From contig FLMG01002846.1 in the NCBI GenBank assembly GCA_900088475.1, positions 1-59,653 on the forward strand: a DNA stretch of 59,653 nucleotides, given 5' to 3'. How positions within the stretch are numbered: position 1 is the stretch's first letter; the number at the start of each line of letters is the position of its first letter. The notes beneath the pieces are model-generated. The model saw only the letters and a program-made list of their open reading frames with translations. It was not told where the DNA came from and ran no database searches. The DNA comes from Hyphochytrium catenoides (Eukaryota > Protista > Hyphochytriomycota). Positions 34,438 through 48,600 of this stretch are shown here, piece after piece. Position numbers and translations under genes: made by a program.

Positions 34438-36457
34438 CGTGCGCACAGATTGAAAGAGCGATGCAAATCCATCTCCATTACCTTGTCTCTCCTCCTATAG
34501 GCTTCCTCTCTTTTTCAACTAATGTTCTCTGTCTGTCCCGGTTCATTCTTCAAGCTACTTATTGGTAACCTTCTTGCCTTCTCTCTCTGCGTCTATTTTT
34601 CTCTTTCCTCTTTTTTACTTTCCTTGTTATCTCTAGGCAGCAGAGCTCCGGGCCAAGTTCGACAGCGCTCTCTCTCTTCTTCTCTCTCTCCCGGGGATTG
34701 ATGACTCAATACACTCCCAGCAGTTGATGATTGAGAAGGCGAAACGCATGGTTAGAGTTAAGAAGTAAGTAGTGGATGTATGAGCCCCAGCAAGCCAAGC
34801 AGCTGCATGGCAAGAGAGAGAAGGGTGAGGTGGAAGGAGAGAGAGACTGAGAAGAATAATGTTTACTTCGCAGAAAACGTACCTGAGAGAGAGAGAGGCG
34901 CCAGGAAAGAAACGAAAGTGCGAAGGAAAGGTTGGGGAGAGTCTCTTACTATGCTAAGAATTAGGGGCAAATAGGGAGGTAGAAAGATCGAGAGATGAGA
35001 GAGAAACACCACTACCTCTCACCCTTGCTCCTGTACCAGTTCTGCCTTACTTGTCTGCTTTTATCCATGACTCTCTCTCTCACGTTTCCTCTCTTTCTTG
35101 CTCTCTCCTGTCCTCTCAGCGATCTTCTAGCCAAGTACCGTGAGTCTCCGCTGATGGCGTCAGCAGTTGGCAGACAGAAGATAGACCAAGAAGCTCCTTT
35201 AGGGCTCATTGAGAACGGCCAACTGATGAAGACACCAGAGGCCATGGAGGGAGACGGAGAGGGAGAGGAACAGTTGCTAGATCAAGATCATGACGAGCTG
35301 ATGCAGGACGAGCCAGAGGAAGAGGCAGAAGGTCACTCTCTTCTCCCTCGTCCTCATCTCTCGTCCTCTTGTTTTCCTTGGATGGCACTCTTGTCTCTTG
35401 GCAGCTTTGCTCTGCAGCTCTTCACTGTCGTGGCCCATACTTTTGCCCTCAACACTCTTATCCTGTCCATATCCCAGTGTCCTGCTTATCATCCTCTATA
35501 TCGCCTCCTTATTGGGAGGCCGCCTGACCTTGGTCTCTCGACCTCACCTCTCTGCTTTGTCCTTCTGCTCTCTCTTTCTCTCTTTTGATATCGTTTCCCA
35601 TGCACTCAGAGAACGGTGTCTCTGCAGAAGGAGAAGAGAGCTCTGCATTGAGTGAAGGAAAAACAGAGGACGCTCTTCTGGCAATGAACGGTGGCGCAGG
35701 GCTGGAACTCTTAGGAAAGGTAAGGTGCCTTCTAAGTGCTGCCTTTTGAGAGTAAAGGTAGACGCTTCGGTCTCACAAGGCCGGTCATTCCCTTCAGGAC
35801 AAAGGGGAAGATAACGACCTCCATCTGGGAGAGCCACGAGCGAGCCTTTCTATGGAGATGGATCAGGGTCTTGCGGTGGAAGATTTGGCAGGGTTAGGGA
35901 GCTCTCCGAATGTCGATGAGCAGGGCTTTGGTGCAAACTTTGGTGTCGCCCAGTCTGACGCGATGCAGATAGAGGAAGGAGGAGAAGAAGAGCCAAAAGA
36001 TGCAGCAGATGAAGGTGTTTCAGTTGAAGACTTAGCAGAAGACCTAACTACCTCTCCTGCTGAGGGAGAGGAGGGCCAAAAAGCTCCAGAGGCGGGAGAA
36101 GGAACAGTGGATCTCTCTCTTGAAGACGAGGAAGGGGACAATAAAGCACTTCAGATGCCTGTCGTGTCTACTCCACTGGCCTCTATGACGCCTCTCCCTA
36201 GCACTTCTCCTGGGGGAGAGAACCTTCTGCTGGAAGGTGGCATGGAAGGCGGTCTACGGTCGAGTGTGCAAGGATTGGATGCAGGACTCCTTACGCCGTC
36301 AATGTATGGTCCGATGACTCCGGGCTTGGATACGTCTGGCCTAGGACTGGGGACTCCCCGAGAAGGAGAGGGAGGCACGCCAGGGGAGGATATGACAGCA
36401 AATCTTGCGGCTCTGTCAGGGGAGAATGAGATATTAAGTCCTGGTATTATTGAATAG
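33819..36457 (+). CDS. MED9: Mediator subunit MED9-like protein with a long acidic C-terminal extension
   Basis: Spliced N-terminus MENLPSPEEVEE|AFNLLPLLGQALEEML...AAK|AAELRAKFDSALSLLLSLPGIDDSIHSQQLMIEKAKRMVRVKN|DLLAKY fits the Med9 pattern (FLP...K.KF..A..L...LPGID.S...Q......KN.LL.KY). Further in-frame exons run to TAG at 36455-36457. Confidence 0.75.
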
Positions 36458-36802
36458 ATGGGTTTTCTATCAAAGATCTTTCTCTCTTCTCTCTCTCTCT
36501 GGCACCATCTTCTTCTGCTTTGCCCCTGAGGGAGTCTTCTTCGGTTTGTCCTCGACCGGGACCCATCTTCGACCATATGCTTGCCTACTTCTCCCGTCAT
36601 CAGGGGCAGTGATTCCTTTCTCTCAGCCTCCGACACGTCCGACCGAATCTCACTAACCAGTAGGTAGAGCGCGGCCAATCTCTTCTGAAGGAGCTTCTCG
36701 GTCTCTGGAAAATGCTTCATCTCGCCTCTCTCCTATTTCTCTGTCTCCCGCCAAGATGCAATATCTCTTCCTTTGTCTATGAGTTTTGGTCTATGCTATC
36801 CG

Positions 36803-39800
36803 CTACTCTGCTCTGACTCGTCTAATCTTGACGCACCAGTTACCCCTATCATAGTCACAAGAGAGAAGCTGAAGCCCTTTAACTCTGCTCACAAGCTCTT
36901 CCACTTCCTCTTTCTCGTATAGATGGCAGTACCGCTGAACCACCAGTGTTCCCTTCGTCTCGTCCGGCGTAGCGTGAGAACAACTGAAAAGGGGAGAGAT
37001 AGAGCGGCAGAGTTAGGGTGAGAGGAGTGGTGAAAAGAGGAGACAACACCCGACTGCGAACCACCTTGCGAGATACGAACTCACCTGATCTCTTTGTCTA
37101 TATATTTCTTTTGCAGATTCCAAGGCACCATCTGGTCTTGAGCTGTAAATTGTCGGCGCGAATCTGCCTCCTAGGAAGCCATAATCGGTGGCAGGAGAGC
37201 ATAGGGTGAGAGAGGACACAGTTGCTGAGTAAGGAGGAAAGAGCATACGCTTAGGAGAGAGAGACTCATCGAAGTTTGTCAGCTCTAAGCGTCTTCACAT
37301 AGAGGAATAGGTAGCGGAAAGTGGGAAGCAGGAGATTAGCTGACTCTTGGGGAAGGGCAGCTTTTTACCTGCTGGTAAGCCCAGACATGCAAGGCGATGA
37401 AGCCTCCAATCCTCACAATTCTAGCCAGCTCCCGCAGAGCTTGTAGTCGATGCGCCTCAGTGGAGAGATGATGCAGGACCGCTGCAATGGAGGGTTTCGT
37501 AAGGCGAAGGATGGATGATGATCTTGAACACAATGACCGAGAGAGAGAGAAGAATAGAGCAGATGCACCAACGCCATAACTTGCCTATACAGATAGCTGC
37601 ATCGAATGCTGACGACCGTAGCGGAAGCTTCAACGTATCAGAAGCAAAGACCTCGTAAGCTCTAGAAACAAAAGAAAGAAAGATCAAAGTATGCAGTCAT
37701 CAGTTTTGAGGCCCGCCCAGTAAGAGAAGAGGACTATCCTAAGCGAACCTTAAGGCAACAGACGAAGCTCACATTCTCTCTTCCCTGGGGTTGTCTAACG
37801 CTCTTAGCACCGTCGCGACCAAGACCAAACTCTGCCGTCTTCTTACAACGGCCATTCTCTCCCTGCTTTCTCACCATGACCGTCTACTTCGTTCTTCTGC
37901 CACGCTTAGTTCCCTACTTCATGTCGCTCCAGCGCTCTACGCGTCTTACCTGTCGCGACAGATCTCAAGGAGCTTAGTGCTCCTATCTGTGCCCATCATA
38001 AATAGTTCGGAGTTCACTCCCATGTACTTGCCGTTCCCAGTGCCAATGTCGGCAACTAGACTGCCGCTCGGCAGCTCCATCAGAAATCTCTTGACGCTTG
38101 GCCAGGGTGAGTGGCGCGTGTGGGACCAGTGAGGCGCGATAGAGTCGTAAATATTATGTACATGCTCTTTTTCTAAGGCGGTGGGAAGGACTAGCTCTGG
38201 AGGGAGAGAGGAGGAGTAGGTTGAGGGTCCGTCTGGCGAGTCGTCCAAGATCTGATAGACCGGGGAACGGCCGAGTGGAGAGAGAGGCAGTTAGTCAAGC
38301 AAGAGGAGGAGAGGAAGCGAGACGATGAGAGCAGTAAGAGAAGCAGCTAACAGAAGGAATAGAGGATATATATGTAAAGCAGAGAGAGAGAGAGACACAC
38401 AGAGAGAGACACACAAAGAGAGACAGAGAGAGGGAGAGAGACACAGAGACAGAGACAGAGACGGAGGGAGGGAGAGAGAGTGCGGTCAAGGAAGTGGATA
38501 AAGAGATTGGAATGACAGCGTTCAACTATCCAGAGCCAGAGCCTACGTATGGTCAAGGTAGCAACCTTTCTATAGGTGAGTGAGATTCTTCTTCCTCTGG
38601 GAACAATGTTCCCGTCTACTTTGTCTGTCTTTCTATAAGCAATTCCGTGCTTCCAGCTATAACGGGCCTCGCCTGTCATAACAAGGAGAGACCGCCTGCG
38701 CAGCTCCACTGATTTGTGACGACCTTGAAGAGGAGATAGAAGGCGTAATGAGTAATTGTGGCAGAGGGAGAAAATAGTGATTTGTTTGTTGAGAGCAATG
38801 GTCTGGGAAAGAAAGAGACAGCAAGAGGAGAGAGTCAGACACGGTGAAGAGAAAGAGACACCCATCGACTGACATATGTGTGCGGAGCAGTTAGAAGGAC
38901 AGGCAGAGAAGAAAGTGAAAGAAGTGAACTAGGAAGTGGACTTCTCTCACCATCATAATATCTAAAATCCATGACGTAGGAGGAGGAGAGAGAGAGGACT
39001 GCCACCCAGTCATCGAATGCTGTATGTGTGTCTGTATGAGGAGCAATGCCGAGGCCAGGCGTGTACTCATTAATGGTTAGCTGGTCAGGGCATTCGTGCC
39101 TAGAGGTAAGAGAGAAAAGTCAGAGAGTGCGTCAAGAGAGAAAGAGAGAGAGACGAACTCAACAAGGGCGAGAGATGCAAAACGAGAGACTTCTGGTGAA
39201 TCTCCTGGCAGGTGGCAGTTAGAGTTACAGAGCGGACGAGGAGAAGAGAAAGAAAGAGAGGCAGAGAGGCAAAATAGAGAGAGAGGGATGAGTGAGCAAA
39301 CAGAGAGACAAAGCAAAAAAGAGAAAGAGATCGGCTGAGAAGAGAGACACTAAAGAGTCAAACGCATAGCAGGGCCAGCACTCTACCGTGGCAAATGCTC
39401 TCTCATTCTCTCTACGACATACTCCTGATATTCAGGCAGCGGGCCCAGAGGAGAGGAAGGGTCGACCCTCCTTGTTCTATAGTTAAACTCATAGCCATAG
39501 TGCTGCACCCGTCTCTGGATACCGCTCAACCATTTCTGTTTGTCGATGGAGAGAAGGAGAGACGCTTCTTCCTCTTCGGTGATGAAGTCCGGGAGGAGGA
39601 GGAGACCGGGGACCTGGCGGAGGAGAGGAGAGACAGACAGACAGACGGGAGACCCAGGAGCAGGGAGGAGGATATGGAAAGAACCAAGAGAGAAAGAGAG
39701 ACGGAATTATCGCCATGTTAGATGAGAGAGAGAGAGAGAGGGTTTTGACAGCGAAAGGAAGAGAGAGACCCCTTCCAAATAACAAGGAAGAAGCGTGTGC

Positions 39801-41132
39801 TAGGATAATGTCCAGTCATGTTAGAGAGACTCGTAGCGTGATGGGGGAGAGAACTGACTTCGACATGAGCCGTCACGGAGACATCTTCCACTTGATCATC
39901 AGAAGAAAGAGACGGCGGCGGTTCTGCGGCAAACTGAACCACAAGCTTCCTTGTCTTTTTCTCTCCAGAAGAAGAGAGAGAGAACTCCTTTCCCTCTAAT
40001 GCCTCTTTTGCTGTCACAGCTTCCTCCACTGACAGAAGAGAGACGGTGGCGAAGCTCTGTGCATAACGCAGATAGAAAAAGAGTGAGTCCCGTCCGTGAG
40101 CTTACCAATAGCATGCGTAGGAAGAGGGTCAAGAACAGAGAGAGAGACGGAAAGGATAACGTCGATGGGAGGCCAAGACCAAGCGATCCTGAAAGAAATG
40201 GTCTCGATCGGTTCCATGAACCGTCAGAGTCGAGGAAGAGACGCAAAAGGGGCAGAACAGAGAGAGAGAGAGAGAGAAAGAGAAGAATAAAGGAGTCAGA
40301 GAAAGACAATTAGAAGGAGAGCAAGAAGGAGACCGAGATCGAGAAGAGGAGAGACTGGGAGAGAAAGAAAGAGAGAGACAGATAGAGAGAGAGAGAGAGA
40401 GAGAGCAATGCAAGTGGGGAAAGAAGAGGAAGAGAGAGAGAAAACCATAGCACGAGAGAAGAGACAGAGGGGCACAAACCAGAAGCAAAAACCACGGAGC
40501 GAAGAAGATGAGTGATAGGACCCTGGGGCCGCCGAGAGACTTGTTACCTTCTTCTCTTCAACGTAGACGCGCTCTATGCCTCGTCCTCCTACTCCCTTCT
40601 CCCTAAAGAGTGCGGCGATATTCTCCTGAACTTCCTCAATAATGAGAGAGAGAGGAGTACCCGCTTCTTCTCTTTCGGCCTCTGCCCTAACATCTCTACA
40701 GTTGGCTAAGTAGAGGTACCGGGTCGGCACACTTAGATCCTGGGGTAAGAAAGAATGGGGGAAGAGAAATAGAGAAACATTACGAGAGAGAGACAGAGAG
40801 AGAGAGTATGGGCGAGAAGGCGGGCAAGAAGAGAAGGAAAGAGAATGAAAGGTGAGAGGGAAGGAGCCAGAGAGGCACCCAACGACGTCAGCGGGGAAGG
40901 ATCACGTGAAGAGAGAGAGAGAGAGTGAGAGTTAGAGAGAGAAAAAGGCAAAGAGGATCCGGAAGACAGAGAGGTCGAGAGAGGATACGTGGTAAGACCT
41001 CGGCACCTAATGGACAGCTCATGACACAGAGAGAAGGGAAAGACACAAGTGAATGTGACGGCACAAAGAGTGGAGAGAGCAAGGGACATACGCACACCGA
41101 CATGGACAGGGAAACAGGCTAACAGAGGCGAA

Positions 41133-41189
<57 letters not shown>

Positions 41190-41223
41190 GGGATAGAGGA
41201 TGAGAAGAGAGAGACAGGGAGAC

Positions 41224-41255
<32 letters not shown>

Positions 41256-41355
41256 CCAGACAGATATCCCTGGCCGCTTCTATCCTAACCTTGGGCTTCT
41301 TCAGTGCTCTCTTATCCTTCCGCCCTTGTGGACAGACCTTTCCTTCTTCAGCCAT
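36803..41355 (-). CDS. ALKBH8: ALKBH8/Trm9-type tRNA wobble-uridine modification enzyme (RRM-like + AlkB dioxygenase + SAM methyltransferase)
   Basis: [67 protein letters not shown]; [61 protein letters not shown] at 41353-41355, TAG at 36803-36805. Confidence 0.93.
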
Positions 41356-41860
41356 CTCAGCCGCCCCCGGCCCACTTTCTCCCTCGCTCTGTTCGTAGAG
41401 CACTGCAGCTCAATATATTGTCTCTATTCAAAAGAGAGAGAAGAAAAGAAGGGTGAAGTCACTCTTGCAGAGCTCAAGAGCTTCTCATAAAAGATACCGG
41501 CAAGGTAACAGCAGGTGAACGGGAGAGGAAGGACGATGAAGAGGAGAAGCAAAGTAGAGAGAAATGAAACAGAGAGAGAGAGACACGAAGAGAGAGAGAG
41601 AAGAGAGGAGGATGTAAGATGAGAAGCAAGCGAGAGAAAAGAAACAGAGAGGAGAGGAGAAGAGATGATGGCTGGAGCAGGAAGGGACAGAGGGGATTAT
41701 CATGACCAAGAGAAAGGGCACAACCTAAGTTTGGGGGAGTGGTCATGCCTATTCTTGATCCGATGCCAGTAACACTGCATAGTTATCAATATGATCAATC
41801 CTATCCGGAACCTATACCTAGTACAGTTCAGGCTCCATCATCAATGCACTCAACACTGTC

Positions 41861-41912
<52 letters not shown>

Positions 41913-42319
41913 CTACTGTCCACTTCCCGCTGATTGGCGATTTCCTCCTCCTGGCGTTTCGCTCTGTCTCTCTCTGTGCTTGCATTGGTCATCCTTGTTA
42001 CTCTCAGTGACCAGGATCTGAAGTTTCTTTCCTCAACGTAGCAAACACACAGCTGTTTTAACTCTCCCCAATCTCTCTCTCTCTCTCTCTCGCTGTCTTT
42101 CTTTCTCTCCCTAAAACACTCCTCTCTCTCGCACTCGCTGTCTTTCTTCTCTCCCTACTTCTCTCGCTCTTTGCCATCGCTGATAACGAGGCACTTCGTG
42201 AGTGCAGCGCCGACTGCAGGAAGGGAAGAGAGAGAATGAGACCCCTTCAGAAGAGGCGCTAAGTCTTCTCCTCTCTTTCTCCTCTCCACTCACGTCTCTG
42301 TTCCTTCCCCAAGCTCCTA

Positions 42320-42591
42320 ATGGACTCTACCGGCAGCTTGGCTGAACCTTCTTATGAGGAGTCTCTACCTCCTCAGCCTTCAAGAGGAGACTTGGCCGCG
42401 GGAGAAGTTAAGAGAGAGAGAGAGGAGCCAGGAAGTTCAGTCTCTCCACGCCACATGCTGTCCTATCCGCTGTATGATGATGAAACGGAAGGCGAAGAAG
42501 ACGACGAAGGAGAGGAGGAGGACTCTCCTCCTTCCCAGGCAACCAGCAGTCTGATTATCTTAGTAGTGGCACAGGTAAGACCGAAAAAGAG

Positions 42592-42640
<49 letters not shown>

Positions 42641-45600
42641 AAAGAGAAGAAAGAAAGGATTTCCTAGGCACTAGGTTATCACGGGAAATGGTTCACTTTT
42701 TCTCATCTAACTGTGATCTGGACTCTCTCTCGCGATGGCTACTGTTTTCTCTGTGGGCTTCTGTACCTCTCGCCTTTGAGCATCCCTCTCTCCAATTTTT
42801 TCTATCGTGTCTTTTGTCCCAATCCTTCTTTTCTCTCTCTCTTCCCTTCTCACTTTGGGCTTTCTTTCTCTCTCTCGCTCTCTCATTCAGGTCATTGGAA
42901 GCTTTGCAACTGCTGCTATTGCGGGCCTTTTATACCTCAACTTCAAGCTCTTTGAAGACTATTTCAAGCTCATTCTCTGGGCTTTCCTTCTCTCTCAAGC
43001 GCTCAGAGCACCGAGGGATAGCTTGCTCCATACTCTACAATATCTTAGCGATGAGGAGAGCGGCGAGGTAAGCGTTGACTGAGACGAGAGAGAAGTCACC
43101 CCGACTTGGGGAGAGAAAGAAACAGAGTTAGAGAGAGAGATCGAAGAGAGAGAGAGTGAAGAGTGGACATTAGCTCTCTCCTCTCACTTTTACTGATATT
43201 CTCTCTCTTGTCTCATAGACCCTGCTGGAGGCTCTGCAATGGAAGGGGAAGGAGAAGGTGGCAGAATTAGGAGAAAGGAACGAACCAGCCCCCAATGTTA
43301 TTATAGGCCACGGCACTGTCGTCTTCGCTGCTGTGGGCACGTTCTCCGTACTCCTTCACCTCTTCACACCAGGTACTCTCTCGGAAACTCCTAAGTTCTC
43401 TCCTTACTTCCCGGCATTCTCTCCCCAGATCTATCAACGCTTTTCCTCTTGCTGGGCATCCTATTTCAAGGATGACGTTCGTCATGGTCCATCCAAAGAG
43501 TCTGTGCTAGTGTTAGCTTTCAAATTTTACATCGCGCAAAGCTCGTCCTCTTCGTCCTGGATGCTCTGTCAAGGCCGCACTGAACTTTGTTGATTTGTCG
43601 ATTCGCTATATTTGTCACTGACATTCCAATCTTACTCTGATATATCGTGCCACCGCCCACTCTTTGATCCTTTGACCTCTTCCTTCTCGAGACCTAATTG
43701 ACCCCTTTTCCTAATTATCCTTCTCTCTCTCCTTCTCTTTGTCTCTCTCTCCTTTTCTTTGTCTCTCTCTCCCCTCCTCTTGCTTTGCTCTCCCTATCCA
43801 TAACTCTTCTCTGGTTAGAATCTCTGCTTTTGATGTTTATCATACTCTTTGGATTCCTCTTCCTGGTTGTCTGGCTGTTGGACCGCCGCATATTCTACTA
43901 TCGGATCTTCATCTCGGACGAAACCCTCGTCCCGGCTCTGCTGATTATAGGCATGTTCACCATGGTAAATGCAGTCAAAGATCAGCCCTAGTTGGCCTTA
44001 ATCTCTGTCTGCCATCAGTCCCTCGCTCCCGCGGGGCTGTTTTCTCCAATACACTTGCTTTGCCTTACCTTAAGGTTAAGGCTTTCTGTTCTGTCTCAAG
44101 TTTGGTCTTTCTGTTCCACTCCTTCACCTCTTTCTTCCACTCCTCCCGCTAATGTTCTGCTCGGTGTATCTCCCATCATGGCACAGCTCACATTCATGCT
44201 GCTGTATCTGGCTAACGAAAGCATGAGTGACGGCACCAAAGCGCTCACGATGATCACTGATTGGATACAGACCCAGTTCATTGATGACGAGAAGACACAG
44301 GTATCTCTTTCTCCCTCCCGCTCGCGGTTTCTCTTCCTCTCCACCGCTTCCACTCCGAGTTCGTAGCTATTATTCTTTGTCGGTCCTTGTTTCCTTTCCT
44401 GACATCGGGGGTCCGTGCGCTCTTTTCGTTCTGGCCTCATTTCCTCGATTATACCATCTGTCTCTCTCTTTCCCTGTCCCATTCGTCCTCTCTGTCAACC
44501 TCGCTCAAAAGTCCGCCAAAGCTGTCTTGGACTCAAGTACTTCTCATTTTGCTCCATTGCAGTCTATCCTTACATACCAGATAGAGTATAGCAAGACCGC
44601 AATCTCGTCAGCTTTAATGCAGCTAGACGCCCAGTACAACCACACAGTCTGGTGGCCAACTGTGAAGGAACTTGTCTCGATGTACTCAGAGACTAACAAA
44701 GTAAGCAGTGTACATGGGAGACAAGCTTCTTCCTTTGCATCCCGTCTGATAGGCTCACTTGACCCTCTTCATTAGGGAGGCTTCCACCGTCAGCCCAGCC
44801 CCTTGTCTTCTTTAAGCCGAGATATAGGAAATCTTACGCTAAGCCAGGTGCCTTTCTCTCTCTGGTTCGCTCCTTACTCTCTCCTTCCTTCTGTCCCTCT
44901 CTGTGAGACTCTGTTCATGTCTCTCACTTTTCTCTTTCTCTTCCGTCGTGCCGTCCTTGCATCCCTTAGATTGTCATTTTACTTTTCAGATGTTGGTTCC
45001 ATTGTCCTCCCTTGGTTACATCTCTATCTTCGTATGGTGGCCAGCTGCCCCCTTCCTTCTCCACAGAGACGCATATATGGCTCTGCTTTAGCCCTCTCTC
45101 ATATTCTGACAATGAGCGGACTGTGATGTATGCGGAGGGACTTTCTCTATCTTGAGTCTGCTTGGAGGCATCCTGCTACTTCTGTCCGGCCTAAGCTAAA
45201 AATCTCTCACCTCCGCTCTTTGCTCTCTCTCTCTCTCTCTCTGTCGACATGTCTTCGTGCGCTACTCTTCCACCTGGCCTTCTTCTCTCCTCTGGGCCAT
45301 CTCTGCCCGTCCTGTCGCCTTCCAGTCGCTCTCTATGGCCTATCAGAAGTACCAAGAGCTCAATTTCTCAACGCATTCACTTCTTCAGTGGACTGCCCAG
45401 AGTATAAACATAGGAAGCGTTGCATTTTCTTCTCTCCTAGGGGTCGCGGTCTACGTCGGGGCGCTTCTCTTCGCCTTTATATCACTTGGGATACACTCTC
45501 TCTTCTTCGTATCCCTCCTCTTCTTCTTGCTCAGTGTCGATGCCGACCCACTCGAGAAGGTTAGTCAACTGACCCACTTGAGGAGAAGCCCCCTCGTCTC

Positions 45601-48600
45601 TCTCTCTCTCTACATCTCTCTCTCTCCTCAAAAAGTCCGAGGGCCTATCACTACCCTTCTCATTCTTCTAAGATACTGAAATTCCGATCTGTCCGCCATC
45701 ATCATATGGCCTTCAACCGCGGGGGAAAGGACATTTTGGTGGCGCTTCTCTGTTATTTTACACTCTCACCCGTCCTCCCTGATTGCTTTCTATAGGCAAT
45801 CCATGATCTCTTGCCCGTGCAGACCGAGCTCAAGCCCGTTATTTATAAGAAGATTCAGGACACGCTGGAGGGTGTCTTCTTCCTTCCCATCAACATCTCA
45901 TCACTCCATGCTCTCATTACCATGATAACCTTTGACTTTCTGGTAAGACCGTCAATACTTTCCTGTCTGCTAGAACTATCTTGCCCGTTCCCACCTCTCC
46001 CTCTTTCATTGTGGCTCTCTTTTGAGGAAGTCCTTGCTCTTGGACGAGGATTTGCCCCTCTCTACCTCTCCTTCCTTTGAGGGTTCAATACTTTAATTAG
46101 ATACGCGGTGACCGTAGGTACTCGAAATGAGCTTGCACCTCACGTCAACTCTTTCCTTGCTATCGCGTTGCCCCTGTCATTTTATTCTAGGGCCGATCGT
46201 CTTGGTCCCTCTCTCCTTCTTGCTTATCCATGGTTTTGGACTCAGAAGATCACCTGTCACTCACACTGTTGTCTCTCTTCCCATATAATATTTCCTTTTT
46301 CCCTCACTCTAGGGAGTAGAGTTTCGCTTTTTCGCGACTTTACTCTCCTTCCTTCTCTCGATCTTCCCTCTTGTCCCCGCCTCCTGCGTCTCACTGCCCT
46401 GGGGCCTCCTGCTGTGCTCTCAAGGCAGTATAATGACGGGCTTAGCGTTAATTGTCGTCAACTACCTAGCGCTTCAGATCGTGGATGAGATCCTGTATAA
46501 GAAGTCCTTAAGCGTGATCAACCCATATATCACAGGCTTGAGCTATGTTTTTGGTTGGTGGGCCTTTGGGATGGAGGTAAGAGTAGCAAAGAGGCACACT
46601 AGCACTTCCAAAGGCTGCTCACTATGTCATTCTTTCGCTGTTTGTCTCGCTCCATACTACGAATTTACTTCTTTATGCGCTGGAGGTCTATCGTTTGTCC
46701 TCCACGGGCTATTCGCGCGTCTTCTCTTGCATGGCTCATCCTCGCTCTTCCCTAGCTTTGCTTGTCCTCGCCCATCTCTATCAACGACTACTCATCTACG
46801 TGCATAGAACGTTAACCTCGGAGTCTGCCTTGTGTCCGTTCTGTCTTCATTTCTCTTCAGTCTCCCTTGGTTTGCTAGCTTTGCTTACGCCCACCTCTCT
46901 CTTTAAGGGCGTGCTGGTGGGACCTCTGGTGGTCTGTTTGGGTAGTTTGGCGTACGATCTGTCTGGAGACTCCATTCACTCTGTAGAGAAGTCCAACGAC
47001 GGAGGAGGAGGAGTTACAAGCCCTAAGATGAACAACAAGAAAGGAGAGAGAGTGAGTCCATAGCGACAGGTGGAGAGTAGAGACGGGAAAGGGGGAAGAG
47101 TAAGAGAGATACAGGAAGCTGATCGGGTCTGAAGGATAGCAAAGAGGGCGACACAACGACAAATTGAAGACACATGCAGCAATTATTAGACCATGGCTAG
47201 GAACTCCAACAGCTCTTCCAGCCTAACATTTTCTTGCCCGTTCTGCGTATAATCCTGTGCTCTCTCTCGGTGCCTCTTTCTCTCTGAAGAGTAAGCCTGA
47301 AGGAGAGAAAGCGGGATCAGGAGGAGAGCCTTCTCTTAGCCGGAGCTCAAGCAAAAAGGACCTGCAAGCGGCGCCTTACAGAAGGTCTCTAACCCAGCAA
47401 AGCTGGGGAGAGATCGGAAGGAAAGGGTCCTACCTTCCTTCTTCTCCCAATCAAATCTGGCAGAAAGTGGGACATGCGCTAACTGGTTGGCGTAAGTCTT
47501 GTCTCTCTGCTCTCTCTACTTTCCCCCCTCAAATCTATTTCGTCTCTCTCTCCTTCTCCCCTCCATCTTCTGCCTCACTCTCCTTGTCGCTCTCTCTTTC
47601 TCTCTCCCCTCTCTTTCTGTCTGTGTGTGTCTCTCTCTGTGTGTCTCTCTGTCTCTGTCTCTCTCTCCTCCCTCATTCCATCTCCTCTACCTCTTTTTCT
47701 CTCTTCTGTCTCTGTCTCTCCTCCCTCATTCCATCTCCTCTACCTCATTTTCTCTCTTCTGTCTCTGTGTCTCTTTCTCCTCCCTCATCCCATCTCGTCT
47801 ACCTCTTTTTCTCTTTTCTGTCTCTGTCTCTCTTCTATCTCCAACCCCAATTTCTCTCTTTCTCTATCTAACCGTCGGCGAATCTTTCAATTGCCTTTGT
47901 CCACTGGCTTCAGATCCCCCTTCCCCAAGGCATGGAAGAATAAACTCTGCGCCACATTCTGAATGGTCTGCCAAGAACCTCTTCTGGGATCTGTTCTCTT
48001 CCACGGGAACCCCAGCAAGGTCAAGACGATTTGGTAAGTGAGGAGTGGACTACGAGGGAAGGAAAGAAGAAAGAGTCATGAGAGCTTCTCGCGATTGACC
48101 TTGCAAATAGTCCATCTGCGCCCTGTCAAGAGTGGCTGAGACCATAGTTAGGGGGAGGCTAGGTAGTTGGCCATCCGCGTCCGCTGCCGCTTTGTCCGCT
48201 GAACTGGGCCCCTGACGCTTCCTGAACCGTCACTCTCTCTTTTCTCTCTCTCTGTATCCATCTACCTATCTATCTGTCTCTATCTCTATCTGTCTGTCTG
48301 TCCGTCTGTCTCTCTCTCTCTACTCGCTCTCTCATATGCTCTTTCTCTTCCAACTGTCATCAACACACACTCTCACGCACCTTCGCGTTCTCTTTGATTT
48401 GCTCTGTTATCTCCCTCTCTCTCCCCGCATGTCTCTCCCCATCGTTTCTCCCTCCACATATCTTGGCTCCCTAATTTTAGATGCTGGTCTACCCGTGAGA
48501 GATCTCCTGCGTATTCAAGCTGTGCTCTACGACCAGCCGCACATCAAAGTCAGAGTGTCAGTAGACCGCGCTCTGGGGTGGGAGGCAGCTGTGGTCCGCC

